From positions 1 to 64,000 of the forward strand of contig JAPDFW010000003.1 in NCBI GenBank assembly GCA_028826165.1: a stretch of 64,000 nucleotides of DNA. The letters run 5' to 3'. Shown here one piece after another: positions 33,801-47,980 of the stretch (positions within the stretch are counted from its first letter, which is position 1; the number at the start of each line of letters is the position of its first letter). Below the pieces are notes generated by a model, which did no database searches, was not told where the DNA came from, and saw only the letters and a program-made list of their open reading frames with translations. Position numbers and translations under genes: made by a program. This stretch comes from Anaeramoeba ignava BMAN. Lineage: Eukaryota > Protista > Anaeramoebae.

Positions 33801-35123
33801 AAATATTAATAATAAATTAAATATAAATTAAATATAAATAAAATATAAATTAAATATTAATAAAATATAAATTAAATATTAATTAAATATTAATAATAAA
33901 TTAAAATATAAATTAAATATAAATAAAATAAAAATAAAATAAAAATAAAAATATTAAATAAAAATATAAAAATAAAAATTAATAATAAATTAAATATAAA
34001 TTAAATATTAATTAAATATAAATTAAATATTAATTAAATATTAATTAAATATTAATTAAATATTAATTAAATATAAATAAAATATAAATTAAATATTAAT
34101 AATAAATAAAAATATAAATTAAATATTAAAATAAAAAAATTAAATATTAATTAAATATTAATAAAATATAAATTAAATATAAATTAAATATTAATTAAAT
34201 ATAAATAAAATAAAATATAAATTAAATATAAATTAAATATTAATAATTAAATATAAATTAAATATTAATTAAATATAAATTAAATATTAATTAAAATATA
34301 AATTAAATATTAATTAAATATAAATTAAATATTAATTAAATATTAATTAAATATTAATTAAATATAAATTAAATATTAATAAAATATAAATTAAATATTA
34401 ATAATAAATTAAATATAAATAAAATTAATAAAATATTAATAAAAATATCAATAAAATATTAAATACAATATTAATTATTAATTAAATATTAAATACAAAT
34501 TAAATACAAATTAAATATTAATAAAATATAAATTAAATATTAATAAAATATAAATTAAATATTAATAAAATATAAATTAAATATAAATTAAATATTAATT
34601 AAATATAAATTAAATATTAATAAAATATAAATTAAATATTAATAAAATATAAATAAAATATAAATAAAATATTAATAAAATATAAATAAAATATAAATTA
34701 AATATTAATTAAATATTAATTAAATATTAATAAAATATAAATTAAATATAAATTAAATATAAATTAAATATAAATAAAATATAAATTAAATATAAATAAA
34801 ATATTAATAAAATATCAAAAATGAAATAAATACGCTGTGTGACCTTGAGCAATAGCATCATCATATTTATCTTTTGCTTTTTCTTTTTCTTTTACTTTTC
34901 CAATAACATGTTTTCCTTCCATAAATACTTCAAATCCACAAATTGAACATTCTGGATCAAGCGGAAAAACGAAAATAGTTTCTATTGGTTGTTTTTCTCT
35001 GTTTTCATATCTTTGATTAATTGTAACTTCTGCTGTAAAATCAACAATATTTGCTGTAACTGATACTCCTCTTAATGGAACACTTTCTTCAGTTTTTTTA
35101 TTTATTAATCCTAATTTAACCAT
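30829..35123 (-). CDS. VIT plus vWA protein (VWA5A-like), paralog 1, Pro-rich/WH2-like cassette (exons 35123-34834, 33454-30829)
   Basis: VIT domain (FVFPLD..ICGFEV), MIDAS DRSGSM..T..LLTDG, C-terminal LQNADGSF..WATAIA..W. The phase-2 intron of 1379 nt joins GHTA|IKMEQ. Confidence 0.9.
33470..34815. repeat. Intronic (AAATATAAATT/AAATATTAAT)n array
   Basis: Fills intron 33455-34833. Confidence 0.9.
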
Positions 35124-35602
35124 TATTTATTTACTTATTTATGATGTGTTTCTTTAATTTATTTTATTTTTGTTTTTGTTTTTGTTTTTGAAATAAAAAA
35201 TAAATTTCCAATTTAAAAATAGAAATAAATTGAAAAGGAAAAAAATGAAAATAAAAAAATTTAAAAATTAATTAAAAAAAAAGATTTTTTTTTTTTGCTT
35301 TTTTTTATTTTAGTTCCAACTTTAATAAATAAAATAAAATAAATAAAATAATTTTAAATTAAAAAAAAATTAATTTAAAAAAAATAATTAAAAAAAAATC
35401 TTTAATTAAATTTTAAATTTAAATTAGAATTTAACATTAATTTAACATTAATTTGATTTAATTTAATTAAAATAAAATAAAAATATTTTTTAAAAATTAA
35501 ATTTGAATTTGATTTGAATTTGGATTTTTATTTGAATTTTGAATTAAAATGAAAATAAAATTGGAAAATGAAATAAAATGGAAAATGAAATGGAAATTAA
35601 AA

Positions 35603-38600
35603 TTAAAATAATTGTTTTGCTTTTTGTTTTAATTCATCAGCTTTCATTGTTTTGCAATTCTTTCCAATCCAATTTGATGCTTTTTTAGCAATTAATTCCC
35701 ATTCGATAGATTTATCATTAAAAAAGATTTCAAAATAAGCAAGTGCAATAGCTGTTGCCCAAATAATTTCAGAAATATCTTTTGGAATATTATCATTAAT
35801 TTTCTTTTTATCAATTCCCATTAAAGAAATAAAAGAACTTGAAAGAGGAAATGAACCATCTGCATTTTGAAGATCAATTACTTTATAAAGATTTCCAGAA
35901 GGTTGAGTTGGTTTTAATGGTTCTTTTGGTTTTTTTGGTTCTTTATCTTTTTTTTGTTTTTCTTCTTTTTCATCTTCACTTTCAGAATCACTTGAACTTT
36001 CTGATTCTTGATCATCTTCATCTTCATCTTCATAATCATCAAAGTTTGAGACTTTTGATTTAAATAATAATTCTGATTTTTCTGGCATTACTATTTTTCT
36101 TTCTTCTTCCATTTTCATACCCATTTGCATATCCATTTGCATATCCATTTTCATTTTTGGAATTGCAATTTCTTTTTCTTTTTCTTTTTTCATTTCCATT
36201 TTCTTTTGAGGTTTTCTTGCTAATGGTTTTTTCATTTTCTTTTTCTTTTTTTCATTTGGCGCTAACTTTCGAGAGAATGATTTCTCTTGAACTTCTTTTT
36301 TCATTTCTCTATCTTTGAGAACTTTTCCTTTTCCTTTCTTTCCACTTTTAACACTTTTAGTGAAATGAATAGCATTATTTATTCGAGTGTTGCTTAGTGG
36401 AGCAGCTGAACTCATTCTTGACATTTGCAAATTCTGAGCAATAACATTAGTATTAGCATTACGAGCTACTCCCCATCGCATATTCGATTTTTGAGATATT
36501 GGTTGTGTTTGTTGAACTGATATTTTACGAGTAATCATTTCTCCTAAATCTTGTTCATTTGAATCTTGTTCTAAATCTTTAACAACTGAAATGAAACTTG
36601 TTTTACTTGACATAACTCCTGCTTTGGTTGATAATTCAATTATTTTCTTATCAATATCTTTTTCTGTTTTTCCTGTTATTACTTTTCCATTTTCATCATG
36701 AAATTGACTTATTTTATTTTCTAAATCTTTGATCATTTTTCTTGCTGCTAAACAATGAATTGATTTTCCTTCAATTCCATCTTCTTTGGGATTTAATTTC
36801 ATTTTCCATTCTACTTTTTTTTCTGATGATATTCCTCTTAATGTTGCTTCAACTTCTTCTCCATTTTTTAATAATGCATATACAAGAAGTCTTGTTTCAG
36901 CAAATATTGATGGTAATCGATATGGAACAACAATATCGGGTTTAGTTCCTTTCCATGTAATTTTAACATTGGTTATTGCTGGTTGTAATGCTCTTTTTAA
37001 TTGTCTCATAACTGATGGTCGAATATCTTCATTATTTACAATAAATTCTGCTTTTCCTCCTCCTGCTTCTGCTATTCCACTAACTAATGCTCTTGATGCT
37101 GATGCTCCAACTCCAAATGTAAATACTCTTGTTGTTGATGATTGGAATCTAACTAAATTAATAATTTCATCTGTATTATATACTTCTCCATCAGTTAATA
37201 AAAATACTTGTCTTGCGTATCCTGTTTTGGGTTTTTTAGAAAATATATATTTTAATGGTCCAAGTAATGATGTTCCTCCAAGGTTAGCTCTTAATTTATT
37301 TGCATGTTCTTTAGCTTTTTCTAATGATTTTTGTGAATAAGTTTCACTTTCTGGAAATAATGTTTCATATCTTGATCCAAACCCAATTATATTAAAAACA
37401 CAAGTTTCAGGAATTGCATGTAAAAATATTTTTAAAGTTTCAGCAACTGAATTGATTGGTGAACCACTCATACTTCCACTTCTATCAATCAAAAATATTA
37501 ATTCAGTTCTTACATCTTTTTCTGAAAGATCTGGATAAAATGATAATAAAGCTGCATATTCTTTTTCTTCTTCATTTTTGGTTTTTTCATATTGAATAAT
37601 TGCTCTTGGTTGATGAGGTTCTGAAACTTCAATTAAAACTTCAAAATCTTTTGAAAATGATTCTTTTGGATCTGAAAGTAATGTAACAGTTGCAAATTTC
37701 TTGTTAATTTGAGATGAAATTTCATGAGATTGAGATTTAATGTTTGTAATTTCACTTGCCATTGTAACATTAAGATTTAAAGATAAACCAAATGTAACTT
37801 TTGGAGTATAATTTGTTTCAAGAAGGGGAGTAACATCATTAATTTCCATTTCATTAGGAACAAAAGGAGGTGTTATTGTTGTTGGTAAAAAGAATCTTAA
37901 TTCTTTATTTTCTGTTGCAATTAATTCTGTAACATATCTTATTGTAACAATACATTGTTTTTCAGGAGGAATATTTCCAACACTCATATTAAATACTCCT
38001 TCAATTTCTTGTTCCATTTTGATTCTATTTTATTTTTATAAATATTTTATAAATAAATATAAATTAAATATAAATTAAATATTAATAAAATATAAATAAA
38101 TTAAATATAAATTAATAAATTAAAATAAATTAAATAATTAAATAAAATATTAATTAAAAATTAAAATAAATAAATTAAAATAAATAAAATATAAATTAAA
38201 ATAAATTAAATATTAATAAAAATATAAATTAAATATAAATAAAATATTAATTAAATATTAATAAAATATAAATAAAATATTAATAATATATAAATTAAAT
38301 ACAAATTAAATATAAATTAAATATAAAATTAAAATATAAATAAAAATAATAAATATATATAAATAAATAATTAAAATATAAATTAAAATATTAATAAAAT
38401 ATAAATTATAAATTAAAATAAATATAATTAATAAATATAAATTAAATATAAATAAAAATAAAAAAATATTAATAAAAATAAATAAAATATTAATAAAATA
38501 AATTTAATTAATATAAATAAAATATAAATTAAATATTAATAAAAATAATATAAATTAAATATTAATAAAATATAAATTAAATATAAATTAAAATATTAAT

Positions 38601-39445
38601 TAAAATATAAATAAAATATAAATTAAATATTAATTAAATATAAATTAAAATATTCAATAATAAATAATAAAATATAAATAAAATATTAATAAAAATAAAT
38701 TAAATATAAATTAAATATAAATTAAATATAAATTAAATATAAATAAATATAAATTAAATATAAATTAAATATTAAAAAAATAAAATACAAATAAAAAAAT
38801 TAAAATAAAAAATAAATTAAATTAAATTATTAATAAAATAAAAATTAAATATAAATTAAATATTAATAAAATATAAATTAAATATAAATAATAAATTAAA
38901 TATAAATTAAATATTAATTAAATATAAATTAAATATTAATTAAATATTAATTAAATATTAATTAAATATTAATTAAATATAAATTAAATATAAATTAAAT
39001 ATTAATAATAAATTAAATATTAATAATAAATTAAATATTAATAAAATATTAATTAAATATAAATTAAATATTAATTAAATATTAATTAAATATTAATTAA
39101 ATATAAACAAAATATTAATTAAATATAAATTAAATATCAAAAATGAAATAAATACGCTGTGTGACCTTGAGCAATAGCATCATCATATTTATCTTTTGCT
39201 TTTTCTTTTTCTTTTACTTTTCCAATAACATGTTTTCCTTCCATAAATACTTCAAATCCACAAATTGAACATTCTGGATCAAGTGGAAAAACGAAAATAG
39301 TTTCTATTGGTTGTTTTTCTCTGTTTTCATATCTTTGATTAATTGTAACTTCTGCTGTAAAATCAACAATATTTGCTGTAACAGATACTCCTCTTAATGG
39401 AACACTTTCTTCAGTTTTTTTATTTATTAATCCTAATTTAACCAT
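35603..39445 (-). CDS. VIT plus vWA protein, paralog 2, K/M/E-rich cassette (exons 39445-39156, 38024-35603)
   Basis: Near-identical to paralog 1 outside the cassette; intron 1131 nt. Confidence 0.9.
38045..39136. repeat. Intronic (AAATATAAATT)n degenerate array
   Basis: Fills intron 38025-39155. Confidence 0.9.
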
Positions 39446-39924
39446 TATTTATTTACTTATTTTTGATGTGTTTCTTTAATTTAATTTGTTTTTGTTTTTG
39501 TTTTTGTTTTTGAAATAAAAAATAAATTTCCAATTTAAAAATAGAAATAAATTGAAAAGGAAAAAAATGAAAATAAAAAAAATTAAAAATTAATTAAAAA
39601 AAAAGATTTTTTTTTTGCTTTTTTTTTTATTTTAGTTCCAACTTTAATAAATAAAATAAAATAAATAAAATAATTTTAAATTAAAAAAAATTAATTTAAA
39701 AAAAATAAATTAAAAAAAAAATCTTTAATTAAATTTTAAATTTAAATTTGAATTTAACATTAATTTAACATTAATTTGATTTAATTTAATTAAATTAAAA
39801 TAAAAATATTTTTTAAAAATTAAATTTGAATTTGATTTGAATTTGGATTTTTATTTGAATTTTGAATTAAAATGAAATTGAAATGAAAATGAAATAAAAA
39901 TTGAAAATAAAATGGAAATTAAAA

Positions 39925-42900
39925 TTAAAATAATTGTTTTGCTTTTTGTTTTAATTCATCAGCTTTCATTGTTTTGCAATTCTTTCCAATCCAATTTGAT
40001 GCTTTTTTAGCAATTAATTCCCATTCAATAGATTTATCATTAAAAAATATTTCAAAATAAGCAAGTGCAATAGCTGTTGCCCAAATAATTTCAGAAATAT
40101 CTTTTGGAATATTATCAGTAATTTTCTTTTTATCAATTCCCATTAAAGAAATAAAAGAACTTGAAAGAGGAAATGAACCATCTGCATTTTGAAGATCAAT
40201 TACTTTATAAAGATTTCCAGAAGGTTGAGTTGGTTTTGTTGGTTCTTTTGGTTTTTTGGTTCTTTATCTTTTTTTTGTTTTTCTTCTTTTTCATCTTCAC
40301 TTTCAGAATCACTTGAACTTTCTTTTGATTTTGATTTTGATTTTGATTTTGATTCTGATTTTGATTCTGATTTTGATTTTGATTTTGATTTTGATTTTGA
40401 TTTTGATTTTGATTCTGATTTTGATTTTGATTCTGATTCTGATTTTTGATTTTTGTTCTTATTTTTCTTTTTATGTTTATTTTTATGTTTATTTTTATGT
40501 TTAGAATGATTCTCACTCATTTTATAATCACGAGAATGAGAGTGTTTAGCTTTAGAATGATGAAAATGAGAGTGTTTAGCTTTAGAATGATGAAAATGAG
40601 AGTGTTTAGCTTTGGAATGATGAATATGAGAGTTCTGAGGTAAAGAATTATTATATTGGTTTTGTAATGAATAATTCAATGAATTTTGATTTTGATATTG
40701 AGGTTGATATTGATTCTGATTATGAAATTGATTAAAATTATGAAATTGATTAAAATTTTGATTTCGATTATGAAGTTGACTAAATTTTCGATATTGATTA
40801 AAATTTTGATTAAAATTAAGATTTTGATTAAAATTAAGATTTTGATATTGATGTTGATATTGATTCTGATTATGAAATGAATTAGAATTAGGATCAGGAG
40901 GCAAGAGATAATTGTTGGAATTCTGATTATTTTGTGATAACAATATCCCACGATTCGTTTGGGAAGGATGTAATTTCCAAGAATTTATTGGAATTACTGG
41001 AACAGAATTTTGATTATAAATGTTGGTTTCAGTTTGTTGAACTGATATTTTACGAGTAATCATTTCTCCTAAATCTTGTTCATTTGAATCTTGTTCTAAA
41101 TCTTTAACAACTGAAATGAAACTTGTTTTACTTGACATAACTCCTGCTTTAGTTGATAATTCAATTATTTTCTTATCAATATCTTTTTCTGTTTTGCCTG
41201 TTATTACTTTTCCATTTTCATCATGAAATTGACTTATTTTATTTTCTAAATCTTTGATCATTTTTCTTGCTGCTAAACAATGAATTGATTTTCCTTCAAT
41301 TCCATCTTCTTTGGGATTTAGTTTCATTTTCCATTCTACTTTTTTTTCTGATGATATTCCTCTTAATGTTGCTTCAACTTCTTCTCCATTTTTCAATAAT
41401 GCATATACAAGAAGTCTTGTTTCAGCAAATATTGATGGTAATCGATATGGAACAACAATATCGGGTTTAGTTCCTTTCCATTCAATTTTAACATTGGTTA
41501 TTGCTGGTTGTAATGCTCTTTTTAATTGTCTCATAACTGATGGTCGAATATCTTCATTATTTACAATAAATTCTGCTTTTCCTCCTCCTGCTTCTGCTAT
41601 TCCACTAACTAATGCTCTTGATGCTGATGCTCCAACTCCAAATGTAAATACTCTTGTTGTTGATGATTGGAATCTAACTAAATTAATAATTTCATCTGTA
41701 TTATATACTTCTCCATCAGTTAATAAAAATACTTGTCTTGCATATCCTGTTTTGGGTTCTTTAGAAAATATATATTTTAATGGTCCAAGTAATGATGTTC
41801 CTCCAAGGTTAGCTTTTAATTTATTTGCATGTTCTTTAGCTTTTTCTAATGATTTTTGTGAATAAGTTTCACTTTCTGGAAATAATGTTTTATATTTTGA
41901 TCCAAATCCAATTATATTAAAAACACAAGTTTCAGGAATTGCATGTAAAAATATTTTCAAAGTTTCAGCAACTGATCTTATTGGTGAACCACTCATACTT
42001 CCACTTCTATCAATCAAGAATATTAATTCAGTTCTTACATCTTTTTCTGAAAGATCTGGATAAAATGATAATAAAGCTGCATATTCTTTTTCTTCTTCAT
42101 TTTTGGTTTTTTCATATTGGATAATTGCTCTTGGTTGATGAGGTTCTGAAACTTCAATTAAAACTTCAAAATCTTTTGAAAATGATTCTTTTGGATCTGA
42201 AAGTAATGTAACAGTTGCAAATTTCTTGTTAATTTGAGATGAAATTTCATGAGATTGAGATTTAATGTTTGTAATTTCACTTGCCATTGTAACATTAAGA
42301 TTTAAAGATAAACCAAATGTAACTTTTGGAGTATAATTTGTTTCAAGAAGGGGAGTAACATCATTAATTTCCATTTCATTAGGAACAAAAGGAGGTGTTA
42401 TTGTTGTTGGTAAAAAGAATCTTAATTCTTTATTTTCTGTTGCAATTAATTCTGTAACATATCTTATTGTAACAATACATTGTTTTTCAGGAGGAATATT
42501 TCCAACACTCATATTAAATACTCCTTCAATTTCTTGTTCCATTTTGATTCTATTTTTATTTTTAAATTAAATATTGATTAAATATAAATTAAATATTAAT
42601 AAAATATAAATTAAATATAAATAATGAAATAAATACGCTGTGTGACCTTGAGCAATAGCATCATCATATTTATCTTTTGCTTTTTCTTTTTCTTTTACTT
42701 CTCCAATAACATGTTTTCCTTCCATAAATACTTCAAATCCACAAATTGAACATTCTGGATCAAGTGGAAAAACGAAAATTAGTTTCTATTGGTTGTTTTT
42801 CTCTGTTTTCATATCTTTGATTAATTGTAACTTCTGCTGTAAAATCAACAATATTTGCTGTAACTGATACTCCTCTTAATGGAACATTTTCTTCAGTTTT

Positions 42901-42927
42901 TTTATTTATTAATCCTAATTTAACCAT
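39925..42927 (-). CDS. VIT plus vWA protein, paralog 3, N/Q-, His- and SK-rich cassette (exons 42927-42637, 42549-39925)
   Basis: Same framework; intron only 87 nt. One extra base at ~42780 and one missing T at ~40252-40257 relative to the paralogs, probably sequencing errors. Confidence 0.8.
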
Positions 42928-43628
42928 TATTTATTTACTTATTTTTGATGTGTTTCTTTAATTTAATTTATTTTTGTTTTTGTTTTTGTTTTTGTTTTTG
43001 TTTTTGAAATAAATTTCCAATTTAAAAAGAAAAAATGATTCTTATTTTATATTTACTTTTCTTTTATTCTTTTTTTTTTCCTTTTTATTTTATTTTTTGT
43101 TTTATTTTAATTTTATTTTTCTATTTTATTTTGATTTATTTTCCATTTTTTTCTTTTTAATTTTATTTATTTTTATTTGATGAAAAAAAAAAAGAAGAAA
43201 AAAAAAAATTCAAAAAGGAGAAAAAAAAAAAATGGGAAAAAAACAAAAATTAAAATTAAAATTATTTTAATAAAAAGAATAAAAGATCAATTAAAGAATT
43301 AATTTGAAAAAAATATCAAAAAGTGAAAAAAATAAAAAAATCTTTATTCTTTTTAATAAAAATATCTTTTATTTTATTAATAATTAAATAATATTAAAAG
43401 ATCTTTTTTTTTATTTTGAAAAACTTCCATAAAAACAAAACAAACAAAAAACAAACAAACAAAAATAAACACCTAACAATAAAATTTAAACAGAAACAAA
43501 AACAAAAATAAAAACAAAACACACAAATACAAAAAACAAAAACACAAACATTTTTTTTTTAACAAAATTTTTTTTAAAAAACAAAAAATGAAAAGATCAT
43601 TTTTTTTCTTTTTTAAATTTTTTTCAGA

Positions 43629-46600
43629 ATGAGTTTTGGTTTTCGAAACGAATTTGATTTATTTGACTTTGATGATCCAGAATTTCAAGACAGATTTTCA
43701 TCACCTCGAATTAATCAATTTTCATTCCAAGAAGAACTTATTGAATCAAAGTAAAATTTTTTTATTAATTCACGACATTAAATAAAATAACAAAACATTT
43801 GACGTTCTCAATCGTTATTCTTGATTGGAAATTTTTGATTTAAAACAATAAATTCATTCTTTATTTTTTTTTTTAAAATAATTTTTTTTAAATAAATTTT
43901 TTTTAGTCTTCTTCAACAAACAAAAGATTCAACAATTAAGTTTCCAGATATGGAAACAAATTCTAAAAAAGAACAACAAGGCATTCCACAACAGCAAAGA
44001 CAACAAGAAAAGTAAATAAAACCAATTAAAAATTCGAATAAAAATTAAAATTAAAATTAAAATTAAAATTACAATTACAATTAAAATTAAAATTGAAATT
44101 AAAATTCATTTATAATATTAAAATTAAAATTAAAATTAAAATTAAAATTACAATTCATTTATAATATTAAAATTAATATTAAAATTAAAATTAAAATTAA
44201 AATTAAAATTGAAATTAAAATTAAAATTAAAATTAAAATTAAAATTAAAATTAAAATTAAAATTAAAATTGAAATTAAAATTAAAATTAAAATTAAAATT
44301 AAAATTAAAATTAAAATTAAAATTAAAATTAAAATTACAATTAAAATTCATTTATAAAATTACAATTAAAATTAAAATTAAAATTAAAATTAAAATTAAA
44401 ATTAAAATTAAAATTCAAATTAAAATTCAATTTAAAATTACAATTAAAATTAAAATTAAAATTAAAATTAAAATTCATTTATAAAATTAAAATTCAAATT
44501 AAAATTAAAATTAAAATTAAAATTACAATTAAAATTAAAATAAAAATTAAAATTAAAATTCATTTATAAAATTAAAATTACAATTAAAATTAAAATTACA
44601 ATTAAAATTAAAATTAAAATTAAAATTAAAATTAAAATTAAAATTAAAAATTAAAATTTAAAATTAAAATCAAAATTAAAATTAAAATTAAAATTAAAAT
44701 TAAAAATTAAAATTAAAATTAAAATTAAATTAATTTTATAAAATTAAAATTAAAATTAAAATTAAAATTAAAATTAAAATTAAAATTAAAATTGAAATTA
44801 AAATTAAAATTGAAATTAAAATTAAAATCAAAATTAAAATTAAAATCAAAATTAAAATCAAAATTAAAAATTAAAATTAAAATCAAAATTAAAATCAAAA
44901 ATTAAAATTAAAAATTAAAATTAAAATTAAAATTAAAATTTCAAATTAAAATTAAAATTAAAATTAAAATTAAAATTAAAATTAAAATTAAAATTAAAAT
45001 TAAAATTAAAATTAAAATTAAAATTAAAATTAAAATTAAAATTAAAATTAAAATTAAAATTAAAATTAAATTTCATTTATAAAATTAAAATTAAAATAAA
45101 TTAAAATTCATTTATAATATTAAACTTGTCTTTTTTCTTCTTTAAAATTCTTTAAGAAATCGTGAATCAACATCTAATATTACAAAAAACCAATCATCAC
45201 ACTTTCCAATTATGAACCAAGGCACATCAGTATTTAGTTTGTTTCCAAACGAGAGACAGTACCAACCAACATACCAGAAAAATGAAAATATGCAAGGCCA
45301 AATGTATCCGTTTTATCACACATCAGATTACTCAATGGACTTGAATTTTCCAACAAAAGGTTTTGAACAAGAAAAATTTGATTTCGCAAACCCAATTTCA
45401 GATCCAACGTTTTCTCTTATGAGTATTCACGACAAACAAGATTCATTCTCGATGATATCCCCAAAACAAACTTCTATTTCTACACATAAAATACCCCCAA
45501 ATTACGGAAATTTCACAACATATAACTACCAGTTTCCTCAGTATCCAGCCTACAAACCAATCAATAACCAAGTTGGGAATACACTAGATCTTCATGATTC
45601 GACTGATTATAACGACACAAACCCAATTGATTTCATAAAGGCAAATAAAGACCAAGAAAACGATTACGAATATAATTACCAAAATATCAATGAATTCGAA
45701 CAGCCAAATCAAAATACAGGTGGAAACAGGAATAGTGAAAGTTCACTTAGAAATGAGTATGATTACGATGATGAATACAATAACGATTACAGATTTGAAA
45801 ATGAAAATGAAAACGAAAACGAAAATGAAAACGAAAACGAAAATGATAATGAAAACGAAAACGATAATCATAGTCATAATCAAAAAATTAAAAATAATCA
45901 AAATAAATTTGTAAATATAAATATAAATGAAGAACAACAACATGGTAGAAAATCACCGAAAAATTTGAAAAAGAACCAAAAAAGAAAGAAAAAGGAGGTT
46001 GAAGTATCAAATGAAATTAAAAAATCCAAACAAAAAACAAATACGGAGCAAAGAAAAAACGCAGAAAAAAAAAGGGTTGCGAAGAAAGAAATCATCAAAA
46101 GAAAGCCCACTTCGTCGACAAAAAAGTTGCGAACAATCCTAGTGAAACCCAAAGTGAACCCATCGATGCCACTTCAAAACGATGGGAAACAACCGAAAAG
46201 CGAAAGAGCTTATATTCTTCAATGCGCAGGCAAGTTTGGCATCCGCAGATTGCAACCTTTTTGGGATAATTTAAAAACAAGGAAGGTCCCCAAAATAACA
46301 AAGCAAGAGTCAGAAAATTCGAAGGCAAAAAAAGCAAATAAAGAAAAGAAAAAGAAAAGAAACCGCTTTGTCAAGTCAAAGCAGGCAACAAAACATTTCC
46401 ACGAAATCAACTGGTTTGATGAAGAAGTTGCGATTTTTAGAGAATTCGTTGTTGCCTTTGGAAGAGACTGGAAAAAAATCTCCGACTTGATGGGCAACAC
46501 TAAAAGTCCAACACAAATCAAGGCTCTTTATTATAAAAAACGGCTTGAGGTTTTCTCAGACGTTCTTGGAATTGATGAAGATGAGGAATTCGAAATTCCT

Positions 46601-47626
46601 GCCCAAAGAACCATCATAAACAAGCAAAATAATTCAAATCCAAATCCAAATCCAAATCAAAATGAAAATGAAAATGAAAATGATAATGAAACAACTTTTT
46701 CAAAACCTCATTTTGTCGAAAAAACAGAGTTTATCAAAGGAAGTATTTTTCGATCAAACTCAGGATTGCCGCGGATTTTCCAACAAAATACAACGAATTT
46801 AAAGCAGTCAAAAAGTTTGCAACAAATCCACAACGAACTTGAAAAAAATACACTTGAGAATAGATCAATCCTAAATTCAAACTCAATTTGGATAGAATCC
46901 AACGAAATAATGGTTGATCTTGAAAACATGAGCGAAGAATGCGTTGCAAAAGCGAAAATTGTATTCCAAGCAATGCCCCAAATCACGCTTCAAGAAATGA
47001 AGCTTTGGTCAAATATTTTCGACAAAGTCACGCTTCTTGGAGAAACCGAACCTGATGTGAAAATGATTCGCGACTGGAAATCACTAACAAATGCGCATTT
47101 CTCAAAACTGAAGATTGGAGAGCCTCATTTATTTTATGCAGAATATATTTCCGTTTTCCACGAAACACTTTCTTTGATTCCAATTAAAAACGCAATCAAA
47201 TTAATCACAATCCAAAATCTTGACGAACAGAAATCGTGGATAGCTGAGTATTTTGTTGCAATTTTACTTGCGTTGACAATTTCAATTAACCATTCTGTTC
47301 TTAAAGAAAAACTTGAAAAATCACAAGTTGTTTTTTCTTTTGATCGAATTGTTAATGATAAAGAATTCACTCAAATGTCAAAACAAAGTTTGAATTCAAT
47401 TAAACTGTTTTTATCTTGGTTGGAACTTCGTTTGCAAGCTAAAAAATTCCTCCAAATTAAAGCTGAGCAAATTAGTTCTATTCATATTCGCAACATTAAC
47501 GAACTCACTGAAACTACTGATATTTTAGTTAAAATGAGAGATCTTATTCAGGAATTTAGAATGTTTAAATTATTGATTCTCGAAATAGTTTCTCAAGTTT
47601 TCATTTCATTCATTCAAACAATTTAG
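43629..47626 (+). CDS. SANT/Myb-domain protein (exons 43629-43750, 43907-44011, 45157-47626)
   Basis: WFDEEVAIFREFVVAFGRDWKKISDLMGNTKSPTQIKALYY SANT repeat; two phase-2 introns join the upstream exons in frame to ORF 45212. Confidence 0.8.
44040..45122. repeat. Intronic (AAAATT)n array with CATTTATAAAATT variant units
   Basis: Fills intron 44012-45156. Confidence 0.9.
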
Positions 47627-47980
47627 GTTAATTTTTTCCCAATTTTTTTTTTGTTGTGAATTATTCAATCTAAAAGAAGGAAACCAAATTTAGAACAAAA
47701 AAAAAACAATTTAAAAAAATTATTTAAAAATTATTACTTGATTACAATTTAAAAAAAAATAATATATTTTTCAATTCTTTTTAAGTTTTAATTGGATAAT
47801 TCGAAAAAAAAAAAGAAAAAGAAATTGAAATTGTTTTTATTTTTAAAAGAAAAAAAAAATATCAAAACAATTTAAACAAAAAGAAACAATTTTTTTTTTT
47901 AAAAAGAGTAGATAAAATCAATAAAATTTAAAATTAAAAATTAAAAATTTAATTTTCATTTTTTTCATTTTAAAAATAAA

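Noticed and set aside
31503-41865. Antisense ORFs over the VIT-vWA genes (e.g. 32399-32770, 36786-37340, 41311-41865)
   Set aside because: Shadow frames of the conserved sense CDS, repeated only because the gene is triplicated.
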